The position numbers and the translations under genes are program-made. Positions 9,365 through 19,510 of a DNA stretch of 64,000 bases are shown here, in pieces. The stretch lies in the NCBI GenBank assembly GCA_965208835.1, contig OZ242358.1:800001-864000 (forward strand), written 5' to 3'. Below the pieces are notes generated by a model. That model was not told where the DNA came from. It searched no databases and saw nothing but the letters and a program-made list of their open reading frames with translations. The stretch comes from Candidatus Latescibacterota bacterium. GTDB taxonomy: Bacteria > Latescibacterota > UBA2968 > GCA-2709665. The first letter of the stretch is position 1. Each line of letters opens with the position of its first letter.

Positions 9365-10429
9365 TCAGTTACCCACGTCCGCGTTGGCCACCAGAACCGG
9401 CTCCGCGAGCCCGTAGGCGTTGTTCCGGACCCGTGTCTTTCCGTCGGACCGTACCGACAGTTCGTCCGGTCGCTGGTAGAGCCAGTTGTGGTGGACATCG
9501 ACGCCTTCTTCAGGTACGCCCCGTATGACGACGGCGGTCTTGGGACAGCGGAATGTGTTGTGATGCACGTTCATCCAGGTGCCCGCGACGTCAGTCCCGT
9601 CCTTCCGGTCCCTGCCGCCGTGCATATCAAAACAGTGGCTGAGCGACTCGCCGATTTCCACGTTGTGCCTCGCCTCATATCCGCTGCCCGATCTGCCCGT
9701 TCCCGCCAGTGAGTGCCGGTTGTAGTCGAACTGGTTGTATTCGATCAGCGAGAAAGCCTCGTCGTGACTCACGCCGTATCCCAGGCCGTTGTACTGGTTG
9801 TGATGGATGAAATTGTGGTGTACATGATGACCGTCTCCGGCGCTGAGGTAGACCGCCGCGTGGCTCCAGCCCGCAACCTCGCAATTGTCCACCTCCAGCC
9901 CCGGTTGTCTGGTGGTGATCCCATTGGATGTAGGGAATTTATAATAATACTCGTGCCCCCTGCCTTCGCGGAACGACCGGTTGTGGTGTTCCAGGCACCG
10001 TTTGGGATTGGGTCCCTTGATACGCAATCCGGAGACCCGCACGTTCGGCCCCGTCACATGGATCAGGGGATTTGTATCGAATGTGTCGCTCAGGATCATC
10101 CCGCCGTCCGAACCGTCAGCGCCGCGGTCGCTGGCCAGGGTGACGCCTTCGGGGATTTCCAGCACGAGGGACTCGATATACACGCGTTCGGTGCAGTCGA
10201 TTTCCGCCGCGCCGTCTATGTAGACCACGTCTCCCGATTTCGCCTGCGCCAGCGCCTCGAGGAGGTCGTCCAGCGTGGAGACGGTGTCCGCCGGTGCGGA
10301 TACCGCGCATTTATATCCCTCGCCGCCGCCGATGGGGCCGCGTGCGTCTGCCCGTGCGCCGCAGGATTCGCCTTCGATTTCGGTCCAGGTCTGTCCCAGC
10401 GGTTCCATTTCGCTACCGAACATCGCCAT
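9365..10429 (-). CDS. Right-handed beta-helix (pectin lyase-like) protein
   Basis: Repeated VHHNFIHHN / IEYNQF / VHHNTF beta-helix strands. Confidence 0.7.
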   Translation of the reverse strand: MAMFGSEMEPLGQTWTEIEGESCGARADARGPIGGGEGYKCAVSAPADTVSTLDDLLEALAQAKSGDVVYIDGAAEIDCTERVYIESLVLEIPEGVTLASDRGADGSDGGMILSDTFDTNPLIHVTGPNVRVSGLRIKGPNPKRCLEHHNRSFREGRGHEYYYKFPTSNGITTRQPGLEVDNCEVAGWSHAAVYLSAGDGHHVHHNFIHHNQYNGLGYGVSHDEAFSLIEYNQFDYNRHSLAGTGRSGSGYEARHNVEIGESLSHCFDMHGGRDRKDGTDVAGTWMNVHHNTFRCPKTAVVIRGVPEEGVDVHHNWLYQRPDELSVRSDGKTRVRNNAYGLAEPVLVANADVGN

Positions 10430-10446
10430 CCTCCTTTTTATGTCGG

Positions 10447-11409
10447 CTACTCACTCAGGGAAACCACGTATCCCCTCTTGTTATCTACGACGTTCAACAG
10501 CGGTTCGCCGTCCCGGAACCGCTGTATGTTTTCCAGAATCAGGCCGATCCGTCGATCCTCGATCCGGTCCGAGATTGCCGCAACGTGCGGGGTGATCATC
10601 ACATTCTCCATCGCCCACAGCGGATGCCCTTCCTGTAACGGCTCTTCCTCGAAGACGTCCAGACCGGCGCCCGCGATTTCTCCGTTCCCCAGCGCCCGGG
10701 TGAGCGCGGCCAGGTCCACCACCTTTCCCCGGCCGATGTTGATGAATATCGCACTCGGTTTCATCGCCTCCAACGCCGCGGCATCGATCATCCGGTCGGT
10801 CTCGCCGGTATGCGGGGCGCAGATGACGAAGAAATCCACCTCACCCAGCATCTCGTGCAATTCGTGTATGCCGTAGATACGTTCCACGTAGTCGGGACGT
10901 CCCTTTGGGGCCGGATCCAGGGCGAGTACGCGCATCCCGAATGCATGGCCCCGTTCGGCAACCGCCAGCCCGATGCCGCCCAGACCCAGCACGCCGAGGG
11001 TTGTGCCCGCCACGTGGATTACCGGTACGCTTTTATTCTCCCATCGACCCTCCAGCTGGCTCCGGAAATATGCCGGAATGCCCCTGGCCATGGATAGCAG
11101 CAACGCAAACACGTGCTCTGCAATGACGTCGCTGTAAATCCCGCGCAGGTTGGTGACGGTTACGTCGCTGTCTCTCAACTCAGGGAAATAGTAACCGTCG
11201 AGGCCCGCGCTCGTCGCCTGTATCCACCGCAGCTTCTTTCCGGCCGCCAGCAGCGCGGGCGTCATGCGGCCGTAATATGCGTCCGCGTCGGTGATCAGGT
11301 CCAGCGAAGCGGCCTCGGAGTCCGCTTCGTACGCCTCCACGCCCAGTTCCCTGACCCGTGCCATCCATTCCGGCTTGAACGCCGGCCAGAATACCATTTT
11401 TACGGCCAT
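10447..11409 (-). CDS. D-2-hydroxyacid dehydrogenase
   Basis: LGLGGIG, INIGRG, GAGLDVFEEEP, ITPHVA. Confidence 0.9.
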   Translation of the reverse strand: MAVKMVFWPAFKPEWMARVRELGVEAYEADSEAASLDLITDADAYYGRMTPALLAAGKKLRWIQATSAGLDGYYFPELRDSDVTVTNLRGIYSDVIAEHVFALLLSMARGIPAYFRSQLEGRWENKSVPVIHVAGTTLGVLGLGGIGLAVAERGHAFGMRVLALDPAPKGRPDYVERIYGIHELHEMLGEVDFFVICAPHTGETDRMIDAAALEAMKPSAIFINIGRGKVVDLAALTRALGNGEIAGAGLDVFEEEPLQEGHPLWAMENVMITPHVAAISDRIEDRRIGLILENIQRFRDGEPLLNVVDNKRGYVVSLSE

Positions 11410-11410
11410 C

Positions 11411-12283
11411 TCAGAGCTCCTCCACCGGAGTGTATTCACCCCTGTCGTCAATCGTGATGTAGGCCCAAACCTGCTCAGGGTCGTGCGGCCACGCCACCAG
11501 CCAGCCTTCGTCGGCCGCTCGCTTCAACACCTGCTGCCGCACCTTGAACGTCTTCCTGGGATACAGGTCGAACGCCATGATGTAGACCGGGTGCATGTGA
11601 TGTCGCGTCGGGACCAGGTCCCCAATGAAGCAGACGGCCTCGCCGCCCGATTGTACGAGTACCGACTGGTGAGCCTTCGTGTGCCCCGGCGTGAGAAAGA
11701 CGTGAACGCCGCCGCAGACCTCCGTGTCGCCCTCCACCAGCTCCAGCACACCCGCGCGTTCCAGCGGCAACAGGTCCGACTCGGCGTTGTATCCGTGAAC
11801 GGTCTGCCGGTCCGCGCCAACGGCATCTACCCATTCCTGTCGTTGCACGATGTACCGGGCGTTCGGAAATGCGGGCACATATCCTTCGTCCGTCTGAACC
11901 GTCGTCCCGCCCGCGTGGTCCATGTGAAGGTGGGTGAGTACCACCCGGTCCACCGCCTCCGGCGCAACGCCCGCATCGGCCAGCGCGTCGACCACGCCCC
12001 GAGAAGGGTCCACACCATAAATATCCCTGTGTTTCCCGGACAGCTTCTCGGCGCCGACGCCGGTTTCAACCAGAACCGTCTCCGCAGGTGTCTCCACCAT
12101 CAGGCAGTTCAGGCCGAGTTGAATCCGGTTCCGCTCGTCGGGCGGGATCTTCTTTTCCCAGATCGACCGGGGGACCACGCCGAACATCGTGCCCCCGTCC
12201 AGACTGAACCGCCCCGCGTCCAGCGAGGTTAAGCGGATGTCCCCGACGACCCTCGAATCGCCTTTTCGATTGGATTCGCTCAC
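11411..12283 (-). CDS. MBL-fold metallohydrolase (YtnP-like)
   Basis: LDGGTMFGVVP, THLHMDHAGG, TPGHT. Confidence 0.9.
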   Translation of the reverse strand: MSESNRKGDSRVVGDIRLTSLDAGRFSLDGGTMFGVVPRSIWEKKIPPDERNRIQLGLNCLMVETPAETVLVETGVGAEKLSGKHRDIYGVDPSRGVVDALADAGVAPEAVDRVVLTHLHMDHAGGTTVQTDEGYVPAFPNARYIVQRQEWVDAVGADRQTVHGYNAESDLLPLERAGVLELVEGDTEVCGGVHVFLTPGHTKAHQSVLVQSGGEAVCFIGDLVPTRHHMHPVYIMAFDLYPRKTFKVRQQVLKRAADEGWLVAWPHDPEQVWAYITIDDRGEYTPVEEL

Positions 12284-12367
12284 CCGGCTCCGGCGGTGAA
12301 GAGACTGCGTTACGATTGCGTTTCCTGCCCATTCTCAAGTGCAAGCGTGCGGGTTCGCACCGCAGTC

Positions 12368-12397
12368 ATTATGTATGCATCGTTCGCTGGATGTCAA
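12368..12397 (-). promoter_or_regulatory. Putative sigma70 promoter
   Basis: Minus-strand TTGACA-18bp-CATAAT upstream of the MBL operon. Confidence 0.5.
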
Positions 12398-12782
12398 GCG
12401 CAAAAACAGCGCCGGTTTGCACATCCGGCGTTGCAGAAGACCGGCGCGGACTACCCGTCAATCCGGCCGTCAGCGGACCAACCAACTATTCCTGACTTGC
12501 GATCGCGGGTTTTTCCGGATTACGGCGCTGGATGCGAACATAGCGCGTCGTCAATTGGCGAATCTACATTGCCGTAGCGATGGGCGGTTCGGTCCACAAT
12601 TGATCGGAATTAGCGCAGGATGGTGTCTTCCCACGCAGGCAACCGATCTGTTGGTGCGACGCGGATTTCTGGGGATTTAATTTAGGATTCGCGTCCGGGC
12701 GTCACTATTATTGTAGGAGCAGGGATTGATACACGGATCTCTGGCTGTGTGCCCGGACTGATCCCTCTGACGTGGAGAGCTT

Positions 12783-14087
12783 ATGGACGTTGCAGACGGC
12801 ATTTTTGTCAAGCGAGTCTTGTCGGGCGACAAAGACGCTCTTGAACCGCTTGTTGAACGTTACAAAGGGATGGTGTACGCCCAGGTTGTGGGAAGGACGG
12901 GAAATTTCGACGCTTCGGAGGACATCGTCCAGGCGACTTTCGTAGATGCATACAGGAATCTTGGATCGTTGAAGGACCCAGCGAAGTTTCGTGCGTGGGT
13001 TCGGGGAATCGCTATGAATCATTCAAATGAATGGATTCGAAAACGCAAGACGAACTTACCTATTGGTAATTTGGACGATACGAAGGAAGCCTCTCTTCAC
13101 AACGAAGTCCTGCCGGATGCGTTCGTTCGCCTGCCGACTTCGCCGGACAGTGAATACGAAATGGAGGAGATGCGTAACCAGATCTTTGGGGCCGTCGAAC
13201 GGCTTCCGGAGAAGTATCGAGAGGTGGTGCTTCTGCACTACATGGAGGGGTTGAAGTACAGGGAAATCGCCGAGATGCTGGAAGTTCCCGAAAGCACGGT
13301 GCTTGGCAGGCTTCAAGTGGGCCGCGACCAGCTTCGTGAAGACCTGATGCCTATTGTCGAGGAGACATTGAAGGAGCACCAACCGACGTCCGAACTGACG
13401 AAGAAGGTAATGGCCGCACTGCCGCCAATGCTCCTGTTGACACCGGATTCGATCTGGGCAAGTGCAAAGCGGTTCTTTTCGCGAAGTCCATACTGGCGAA
13501 CAGGCGGTATTCTGGCGGCGGCGGTCGTTGGAACGGGGATTTACTATTCCGGATTCGTCGCCATTGTCCAGTGGGAAAACGGTTCGGATTCGTCACCGAA
13601 GCCGGGTGCGACCACCGCTGAGATGACAATTGAATTAGAAAAAGACGACGTGTCTATCCCCGTCGACCGCCCCAAACAGGCCGAAGTTTCCCTTCAACAA
13701 AACGCAAAGAAGGTTAACGCAAATGGGCAGAAGGATAGTGCCGACACCACGGGATCCAAGGAGCAGCGCAAGGCTTCGACAAAAGATCCTGCCAGGCCGA
13801 CGCTGACCCTATCCCATTCTCCAACGGACTCCGTGGTTACGATCAATTACACCATTCCGGAGTCTGGCTCGAAAGATTCCGTTCACGTTGAACTCATAGT
13901 ATACAATTTCTCGGGTGACATATCCGCAGTTCCCGTAAACACGAAGCAGGCTGTGGGGGCATATACGGTTCTACTTGAGAAACGGCACCTTTCGGACGGG
14001 CTATATTATGTTTCACTCAAGCTGAATCGGTCCAGCACACATACTGCAATTCGGCAACTGAATCTTTTGTGGGAAGGCAGAAATTAG
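12783..14087 (+). CDS. ECF sigma factor with TM helix and C-terminal FlgD/T9SS-type Ig-like domain
   Basis: Region 2 (EDIVQATF..FRAWVRGIAMN) and region 4 (LPEKYREVVLLHYMEGLKYREIA); TM GGILAAAVVGTGIYY; tail TINYTIP..VELIVYN..G...LSDGLYYVSL. Confidence 0.8.
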   Translation: MDVADGIFVKRVLSGDKDALEPLVERYKGMVYAQVVGRTGNFDASEDIVQATFVDAYRNLGSLKDPAKFRAWVRGIAMNHSNEWIRKRKTNLPIGNLDDTKEASLHNEVLPDAFVRLPTSPDSEYEMEEMRNQIFGAVERLPEKYREVVLLHYMEGLKYREIAEMLEVPESTVLGRLQVGRDQLREDLMPIVEETLKEHQPTSELTKKVMAALPPMLLLTPDSIWASAKRFFSRSPYWRTGGILAAAVVGTGIYYSGFVAIVQWENGSDSSPKPGATTAEMTIELEKDDVSIPVDRPKQAEVSLQQNAKKVNANGQKDSADTTGSKEQRKASTKDPARPTLTLSHSPTDSVVTINYTIPESGSKDSVHVELIVYNFSGDISAVPVNTKQAVGAYTVLLEKRHLSDGLYYVSLKLNRSSTHTAIRQLNLLWEGRN

Positions 14088-14099
14088 AGGGAGGTCCGT

Positions 14100-15422
14100 A
14101 TGTTGAATTCCAGTACAAAAATGGCGGATGGTAGGTGTCAGGTCAGGAATTTCGTCCTTCCGATTCTGGTCGCAATATTGCAGATTTCGCAAGCTTCGGC
14201 CGAACCGCCGACGCATACTCGCGAAGAAATAAAGCGGTTTACCGACGCGACATCGCAGCTCGTTATGGCAGAAGGAACGGAGGATCGCTGGAATGGAATA
14301 CTGGCACTGGAAAAATTCCGCGGGGAGTTTCCAAAGACTTTCTTAAGGGGGGATGCCGCGGAAGCGTTGTTCCGTTCGTACGGCGATGTGGTGGACGATC
14401 CCGAATTCCTGATTCGATTGGCTGAGGAAGCAATCGCGCTGCTTCCGAATCGTAATGGTCTTTATAAGCAGGTGGTACAGACTTTCGTTGACAAGGGGAT
14501 ATTTCCTGATCGGACTCTGGAATACGCGCAAAAATCACTGGAACTGGCCGAAAAAATGCAGGCAAATGCTGGCGAATATTACCAGCGAGAGGTCATCGAA
14601 AGGCTCGGACTCTTGAGCCGTGCTTTTCAGTTGGCGAACCGGCCGGAGCGGGCACTGGAAGTAATGCGACGCAGTTTGAAGCAGGCGGAAAACCTCTCTG
14701 TAACGGCCTTCCCGGATCAAGCAACACGTCAGAAAAGGATTGACGGGATCGGTCTGGATTTGCTAAGGCTTTACATCGATCAGCGCCGATGGAATCCTGC
14801 GTATGAACTGGCATGTAACCTTCTGAAGAAATCGGTGACCCGCGAACCCGTCTACGAACTCTGGAGCAGAGCGTATGTCGGGAAGTTCGGTTCTGCGGAG
14901 GGGATTATTAATGCTTACGCCGATTTGAAGGCCGAGATTGAAGAATCGCGCAAAGCCCGCCTGATCGAAGAGCGAGTGAAGCGTCCCGCGCCGGCTTTCG
15001 CCTTAAAGACATTGAAGGATGAACCGGTGAGCCTGGACGGGCTGAAAGGGAAGGTTGTGTTGATCAATTTCTGGGCGAACTGGTGCGGACCATGCCTGGA
15101 CGAATTGCCTCAACTCGAAGCTCTGTCGCGTACCTATAAACAGGAGTCGATCAAGTTTCTGGCCGTCAATCTGGATACGCAGGACGAAGAGAAGCGTAAA
15201 TACATGGTGTCAGGTGCAAAGGCGCGGTTGGCGCCCAGTCTGACCTATTTGATGGGCAATGAGGAAGTGAGGCGTGAATTCGGTTTCGATAGTATACCGT
15301 ACACGTGTATTGTAGATCAAGACGGGTACATCCGTTACGAAAAAACCGGCCTGAGCAGCGATTTCAATGCAACTGTCAAAGATCAGCTGACGTGGGTGAT
15401 GGGACTATCTGAGGCTGAATGA
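14100..15422 (+). CDS. TlpA/ResA-like disulfide reductase with N-terminal helical (TPR-like) region
   Basis: LKGKVVLINFWANWCGPC; signal-like N-terminus. Confidence 0.85.
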   Translation: MLNSSTKMADGRCQVRNFVLPILVAILQISQASAEPPTHTREEIKRFTDATSQLVMAEGTEDRWNGILALEKFRGEFPKTFLRGDAAEALFRSYGDVVDDPEFLIRLAEEAIALLPNRNGLYKQVVQTFVDKGIFPDRTLEYAQKSLELAEKMQANAGEYYQREVIERLGLLSRAFQLANRPERALEVMRRSLKQAENLSVTAFPDQATRQKRIDGIGLDLLRLYIDQRRWNPAYELACNLLKKSVTREPVYELWSRAYVGKFGSAEGIINAYADLKAEIEESRKARLIEERVKRPAPAFALKTLKDEPVSLDGLKGKVVLINFWANWCGPCLDELPQLEALSRTYKQESIKFLAVNLDTQDEEKRKYMVSGAKARLAPSLTYLMGNEEVRREFGFDSIPYTCIVDQDGYIRYEKTGLSSDFNATVKDQLTWVMGLSEAE

Positions 15423-15957
15423 CGGAGGTTCGCTTGGGCTGGGAACCGTGACAGTATAAAGCGCAGTAAAAAGCGGATTCCGTTTCTGATATATCGTCGA
15501 CATTTACGCTCCTGAGAGTCGGGCCTCGGGAGCGTTGCTTGTTTTCGGCCGTTGTCACGTGACGTTGCACTGTCAAGTGGCCCTACTTATATTGAAATTA
15601 GTCGAACTGATGTTTCTGCGGGCGATTAATTGACCCGGTAAGGTATCTCAGATGAAGCTGCAGCCGCGCTCGGTCTGGAATCTGAACCTGATATTCAAGA
15701 AGCATACGAAACCACACCCGTCCAAAATCGTCTTTTCCAATCGCTATCAACACATGATCCACCTGTAACCGGAGCGAGGGCATCCTGCCCTCGCTCCCGG
15801 AAACGCCAGCCACGCCCGTCCGAATTCGATTCCTACCTTGGACAGCCGTGGCCAATGGAAGGTGGAATGGTAAAATTGGGCGCGATTCCATGTTTTGAAA
15901 GGTTGTGAAGATTCGGCTATCTCTTGAAGACTAAACTGTGGTCACCAGAATCGCCCT

Positions 15958-16659
15958 ATGGGAAGGTGCGGTATGGAATCCTGGAGAATAATGGCCTGGT
16001 TGATCGTCATTGGCTCTGTGATTATGGTCGTGACGATTCTGGTTATTCCACCCATTGCCTGGTGGTTTTACAGAAAATATCCCGCCTATCCTGATCAGAA
16101 GTATCGGACATTCTGGCCGAGGTTCTGGGCTGGTATTACTGATGCCCTGGTGCTTTCGCCATTGGCTCTGATTGCACAATACATCTTGACACTCGATGAT
16201 TCATTCTGGGATACGGCACGTTGGCTGTATGTAGTGGTTTTTATCTTGAATTACACGCATGCGTGGGTCTATTCAGTTTATGTGCATGGTCGATTCGGGC
16301 AAACTGTGGGGAAGATGTCTACACGCGTTCGAGTTGTCGATGTCAAGACGGAAGGACCGATTACGTTCAGACATGCCTTGCTTCGAGACAGTGTTCCAAT
16401 ACTCATCTCGGTTTTTTTGCTCCTCTATGAGTCTTACCGACTGATAGCGGGACTGCCTGTCAGTGAGCCTATAGCCAGAATCAGTTCTGATTCGAGTTTA
16501 ACCACTTCAGGTCAGATGTGGATTGCTCTTATCGTGCAGGTTTGGTGGTTCGCTGAAATCGTCACCATGCTCACGAACGATAAGCGTCGAGCGATCCACG
16601 ATTTTATCGCCGGTACGGTTGTGATACGTACGAATATTGAAGCGGAAGAGGGAGATTGA
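15958..16659 (+). CDS. RDD family membrane protein
   Basis: FWPRFWAGITD, GQTVGKM..RVRVV, RRAIHDFIAGTVV. Confidence 0.85.
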   Translation: MGRCGMESWRIMAWLIVIGSVIMVVTILVIPPIAWWFYRKYPAYPDQKYRTFWPRFWAGITDALVLSPLALIAQYILTLDDSFWDTARWLYVVVFILNYTHAWVYSVYVHGRFGQTVGKMSTRVRVVDVKTEGPITFRHALLRDSVPILISVFLLLYESYRLIAGLPVSEPIARISSDSSLTTSGQMWIALIVQVWWFAEIVTMLTNDKRRAIHDFIAGTVVIRTNIEAEEGD

Positions 16660-16707
16660 ACGGGTGGGATTCGGCGGCAAGGATTACACAATGCAGGAAG
16701 AACATCA

Positions 16708-17883
16708 ATGAGCAGGGTTCGCACCTATACTGATTCGGGTTCGACGTTTCCTGTGCACGTCTTTCTGATCGCAGGCGCGCTCATGGTGGGTACTGTTGCC
16801 GGGTGCGGATGGACTGGTGCTCTGGATGAAATACCGGATGAAGAGCGCATTCCGGAAAAGCCACTGCGATATGTTGGGAAAGTGGCGCTTGAATTGCGAG
16901 AAAGCGTCGAGCTCGTGTTTGATCGGCACATGCCTGAGATTGGGGATGTTGAGTGGATGGGTATTTCACCTGAGGGCACCTTGATGGTCACCGACCGTGA
17001 AAGCCATCAGGCGCACGAAATCAGCTACCGGGATTTAAAGTACATTCGCTCATTCGGGCGCACAGGCAGAGGTCCAGGGGAGCATTTGTCGGCTGACAAT
17101 ATGACGATGGATCCTGAGGGCAGGGTCTATCTCCTTGATGGGGTTCAAGGGCAGATCCTCCGGTATGATCGCAAGGGCCGTTTCCTGGATCGGACCCAAT
17201 CTATCGGGGTATCGAAGATTCACGCCGGTCGCAATGATGGGGTGTTTTTTCTACGTGTAAACTCAAGTCTTATCATGGAATTGCAGCGCCGGGACCCGGC
17301 GACGTGGGCAGTCTTGAGCCGTACACCGCTTTCCGATCCGAAACAGAGTTACGTGTCGTTTCGGATGAGACATCTCGCAAAGTTGTGCTATAACGCTTCG
17401 TTGCAGGTGTTTTATTATCTGGGCCCGAACGACTACATGATCAAAGAGATCGATGCGGTAACAGGTGAGATTTCGGCAAGATTCGGCCGGCGCCCGAAAG
17501 AATTCGTTGCGGTGCCCGATCTCTACCACCATATCGGGCGTGGAACCTTTGACGAATTGAGACCATTGGACATTACCACTGTAGGATCTATGACATTGGT
17601 TGAGGATCGATATCTGTTCGTCTCATACGACCACCCGGAAACTCTAACGAGGGAATGGGTCGTCTATTTGATAAGTCCGTCCGGGACGTTTGATGTGTTC
17701 GATCTGGATGACGTTACGAGTGGACGCCTTCGGCGATTCAGCGGCCACGGCGGTGTAACGACGATGGGAGCAATCACCTCCGCAAAAGAGTCCATATATA
17801 TCTGGAGACCACCTCGTAGAGAAGTTGCGGACAAATCCATCGGCACAATAGAAAAATACGAGGTAGTGCTGGACCTGAATTAA
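16708..17883 (+). CDS. 6-bladed beta-propeller (NHL-like) lipoprotein, copy 1
   Basis: Lipobox VAGC; YIRSFGRTGRGPGE and DPEGRVYLLD repeats. Confidence 0.8.
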   Translation: MSRVRTYTDSGSTFPVHVFLIAGALMVGTVAGCGWTGALDEIPDEERIPEKPLRYVGKVALELRESVELVFDRHMPEIGDVEWMGISPEGTLMVTDRESHQAHEISYRDLKYIRSFGRTGRGPGEHLSADNMTMDPEGRVYLLDGVQGQILRYDRKGRFLDRTQSIGVSKIHAGRNDGVFFLRVNSSLIMELQRRDPATWAVLSRTPLSDPKQSYVSFRMRHLAKLCYNASLQVFYYLGPNDYMIKEIDAVTGEISARFGRRPKEFVAVPDLYHHIGRGTFDELRPLDITTVGSMTLVEDRYLFVSYDHPETLTREWVVYLISPSGTFDVFDLDDVTSGRLRRFSGHGGVTTMGAITSAKESIYIWRPPRREVADKSIGTIEKYEVVLDLN

Positions 17884-18111
17884 GCAGGGTCGCCGGGACA
17901 CAGAGGCATTTCGCCAAGGTTCATTTCATTCATCTTCCAGGCTGTCAGCACCCGATTTCCGCGCCGAAGAGTCTATGCGAATCAAAATTGCCATCGCTAC
18001 TATTCTCGGTCGCGCGCCGACATTGCGGCAAGCCTCCTGAAGGCCGTGGGTTGCGACCGAAGGGATTCTCGAGGACGGCGGCAAGGTACAATCAATGAAT
18101 GGAGAACGCCA

Positions 18112-19281
18112 ATGAGCAGGGTTCGCACGTATATTAATTTGAGCTCGATATTTCCTGTTCGCGTCTTTTGGATCGCTGGCGCGGTCATTGTGGGTATTAT
18201 TGCAGGATGCAGAGGGGATCGGGTCTTGGAAGGGGTATCGGATGACGAGCGCATTCCCGAGAAGCAACTGCGATATGCTGGGAAAGTGGCGCTTGAATTG
18301 CAAGAAACCCTCGAGCTTGGGTTTGATCAGGACATGCCCGGGATCGGGCTTGTTCGTTGGATGGGTATTTCACCTGAGGGCACCTTGTTGGTTACAGACT
18401 TTGAAAGCCATCGGGCGCACGAAATCAACTACCGGGACAACAGGTACATTCGCTCATTCGGGCGTACAGGCAGAGGTCTAGGGGAGCATTTGTCGGCTGA
18501 AAATATGACGATAGATCCTGAGGGCAGGGTCTATCTCCTGGATCCGGCTCGAGGGCAGGTCCTCCGGTTTGATCGCATGGGCCAATTTCTGGATCAGGCC
18601 AAATCTACCGGTGCATCGAAGATCCATGCCGGTCGCACAGGAGAGATATTTACTCTACGTGTAAACTCGAGTCTTATCATGGAATTGCAGCGCCAGGACC
18701 AGGCGACGTGGGGCGTTTTAAGCAGTACACCGCTTTCCATTCGAAAGCAGAGTATTGTGTCGTTTCGGTATAGAAGTGCGGCGCAGTTGTGCTATAATGC
18801 TTCGCTGCAGGTGTATTATTATCTTGGCCCGAATGACTACATGATCAAAGAGATCGACGCGGGAACAGGTGAGATTACGGCGAAATTCGGTCGGCGCCCG
18901 AATGGATTCGTTGCGTTGCCCGATCGCTACCACGATATCGGGCGTGGAACCCTAGACGATTTGGAACAACTGGATTTTTCCCGTGTAGGATCGATGACAT
19001 TAATCAGGGATCAATATCTATTGGTTTCATACGACCATCCAGGATCTCGAAGGTGGGAATGGGTCATGTATATGATAAATCCGTCCGGGTCGCTTGATGT
19101 GTTTGATCTGGATGACGTTACGAGTGGACTCTTTCAGCCGTTCAGCCACGACGGTGTGGATATGGGAGCCATCACGGCCGCGCAAGAATTCCTATATATT
19201 TGGAGACCACCTCGTAGGCGAGTTGCCGACAGATCCAGCGGTACCATTGAAAAATACGCGGTTATGTTGCACCGGAACTGA
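18112..19281 (+). CDS. 6-bladed beta-propeller lipoprotein, copy 2
   Basis: Paralog of 16708-17883; lipobox IAGC; GGAG RBS; start reassigned to MSRVRTY. Confidence 0.8.
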   Translation: MSRVRTYINLSSIFPVRVFWIAGAVIVGIIAGCRGDRVLEGVSDDERIPEKQLRYAGKVALELQETLELGFDQDMPGIGLVRWMGISPEGTLLVTDFESHRAHEINYRDNRYIRSFGRTGRGLGEHLSAENMTIDPEGRVYLLDPARGQVLRFDRMGQFLDQAKSTGASKIHAGRTGEIFTLRVNSSLIMELQRQDQATWGVLSSTPLSIRKQSIVSFRYRSAAQLCYNASLQVYYYLGPNDYMIKEIDAGTGEITAKFGRRPNGFVALPDRYHDIGRGTLDDLEQLDFSRVGSMTLIRDQYLLVSYDHPGSRRWEWVMYMINPSGSLDVFDLDDVTSGLFQPFSHDGVDMGAITAAQEFLYIWRPPRRRVADRSSGTIEKYAVMLHRN

Positions 19282-19510
19282 GAAAGGTCGCTGGGACAAC
19301 CAGGGATTTCGCGGTGGTTGATTTCAATCATCCTCCAAGCTGTCAGCGGGCGACCCGCGGGCCGATGTGTCTATACGAATCGAAACTGGCATCGCTGCTA
19401 TTCTCGGTCGCACGCCGACATTGTGGCAAGCCTCCTGAAGGCTGTGGGGTTGCAACCGAAGGGTCCGTCGAGGCCCGCGGCAAGGAACACTCAATAAAGG
19501 GAGAACGCCA

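Noticed and set aside
15598-15891. 97-aa ORF or degenerate zinc-ribbon gene
   Set aside because: No RBS or recognisable family; the alternative frame has stops and only a vague Cys pattern
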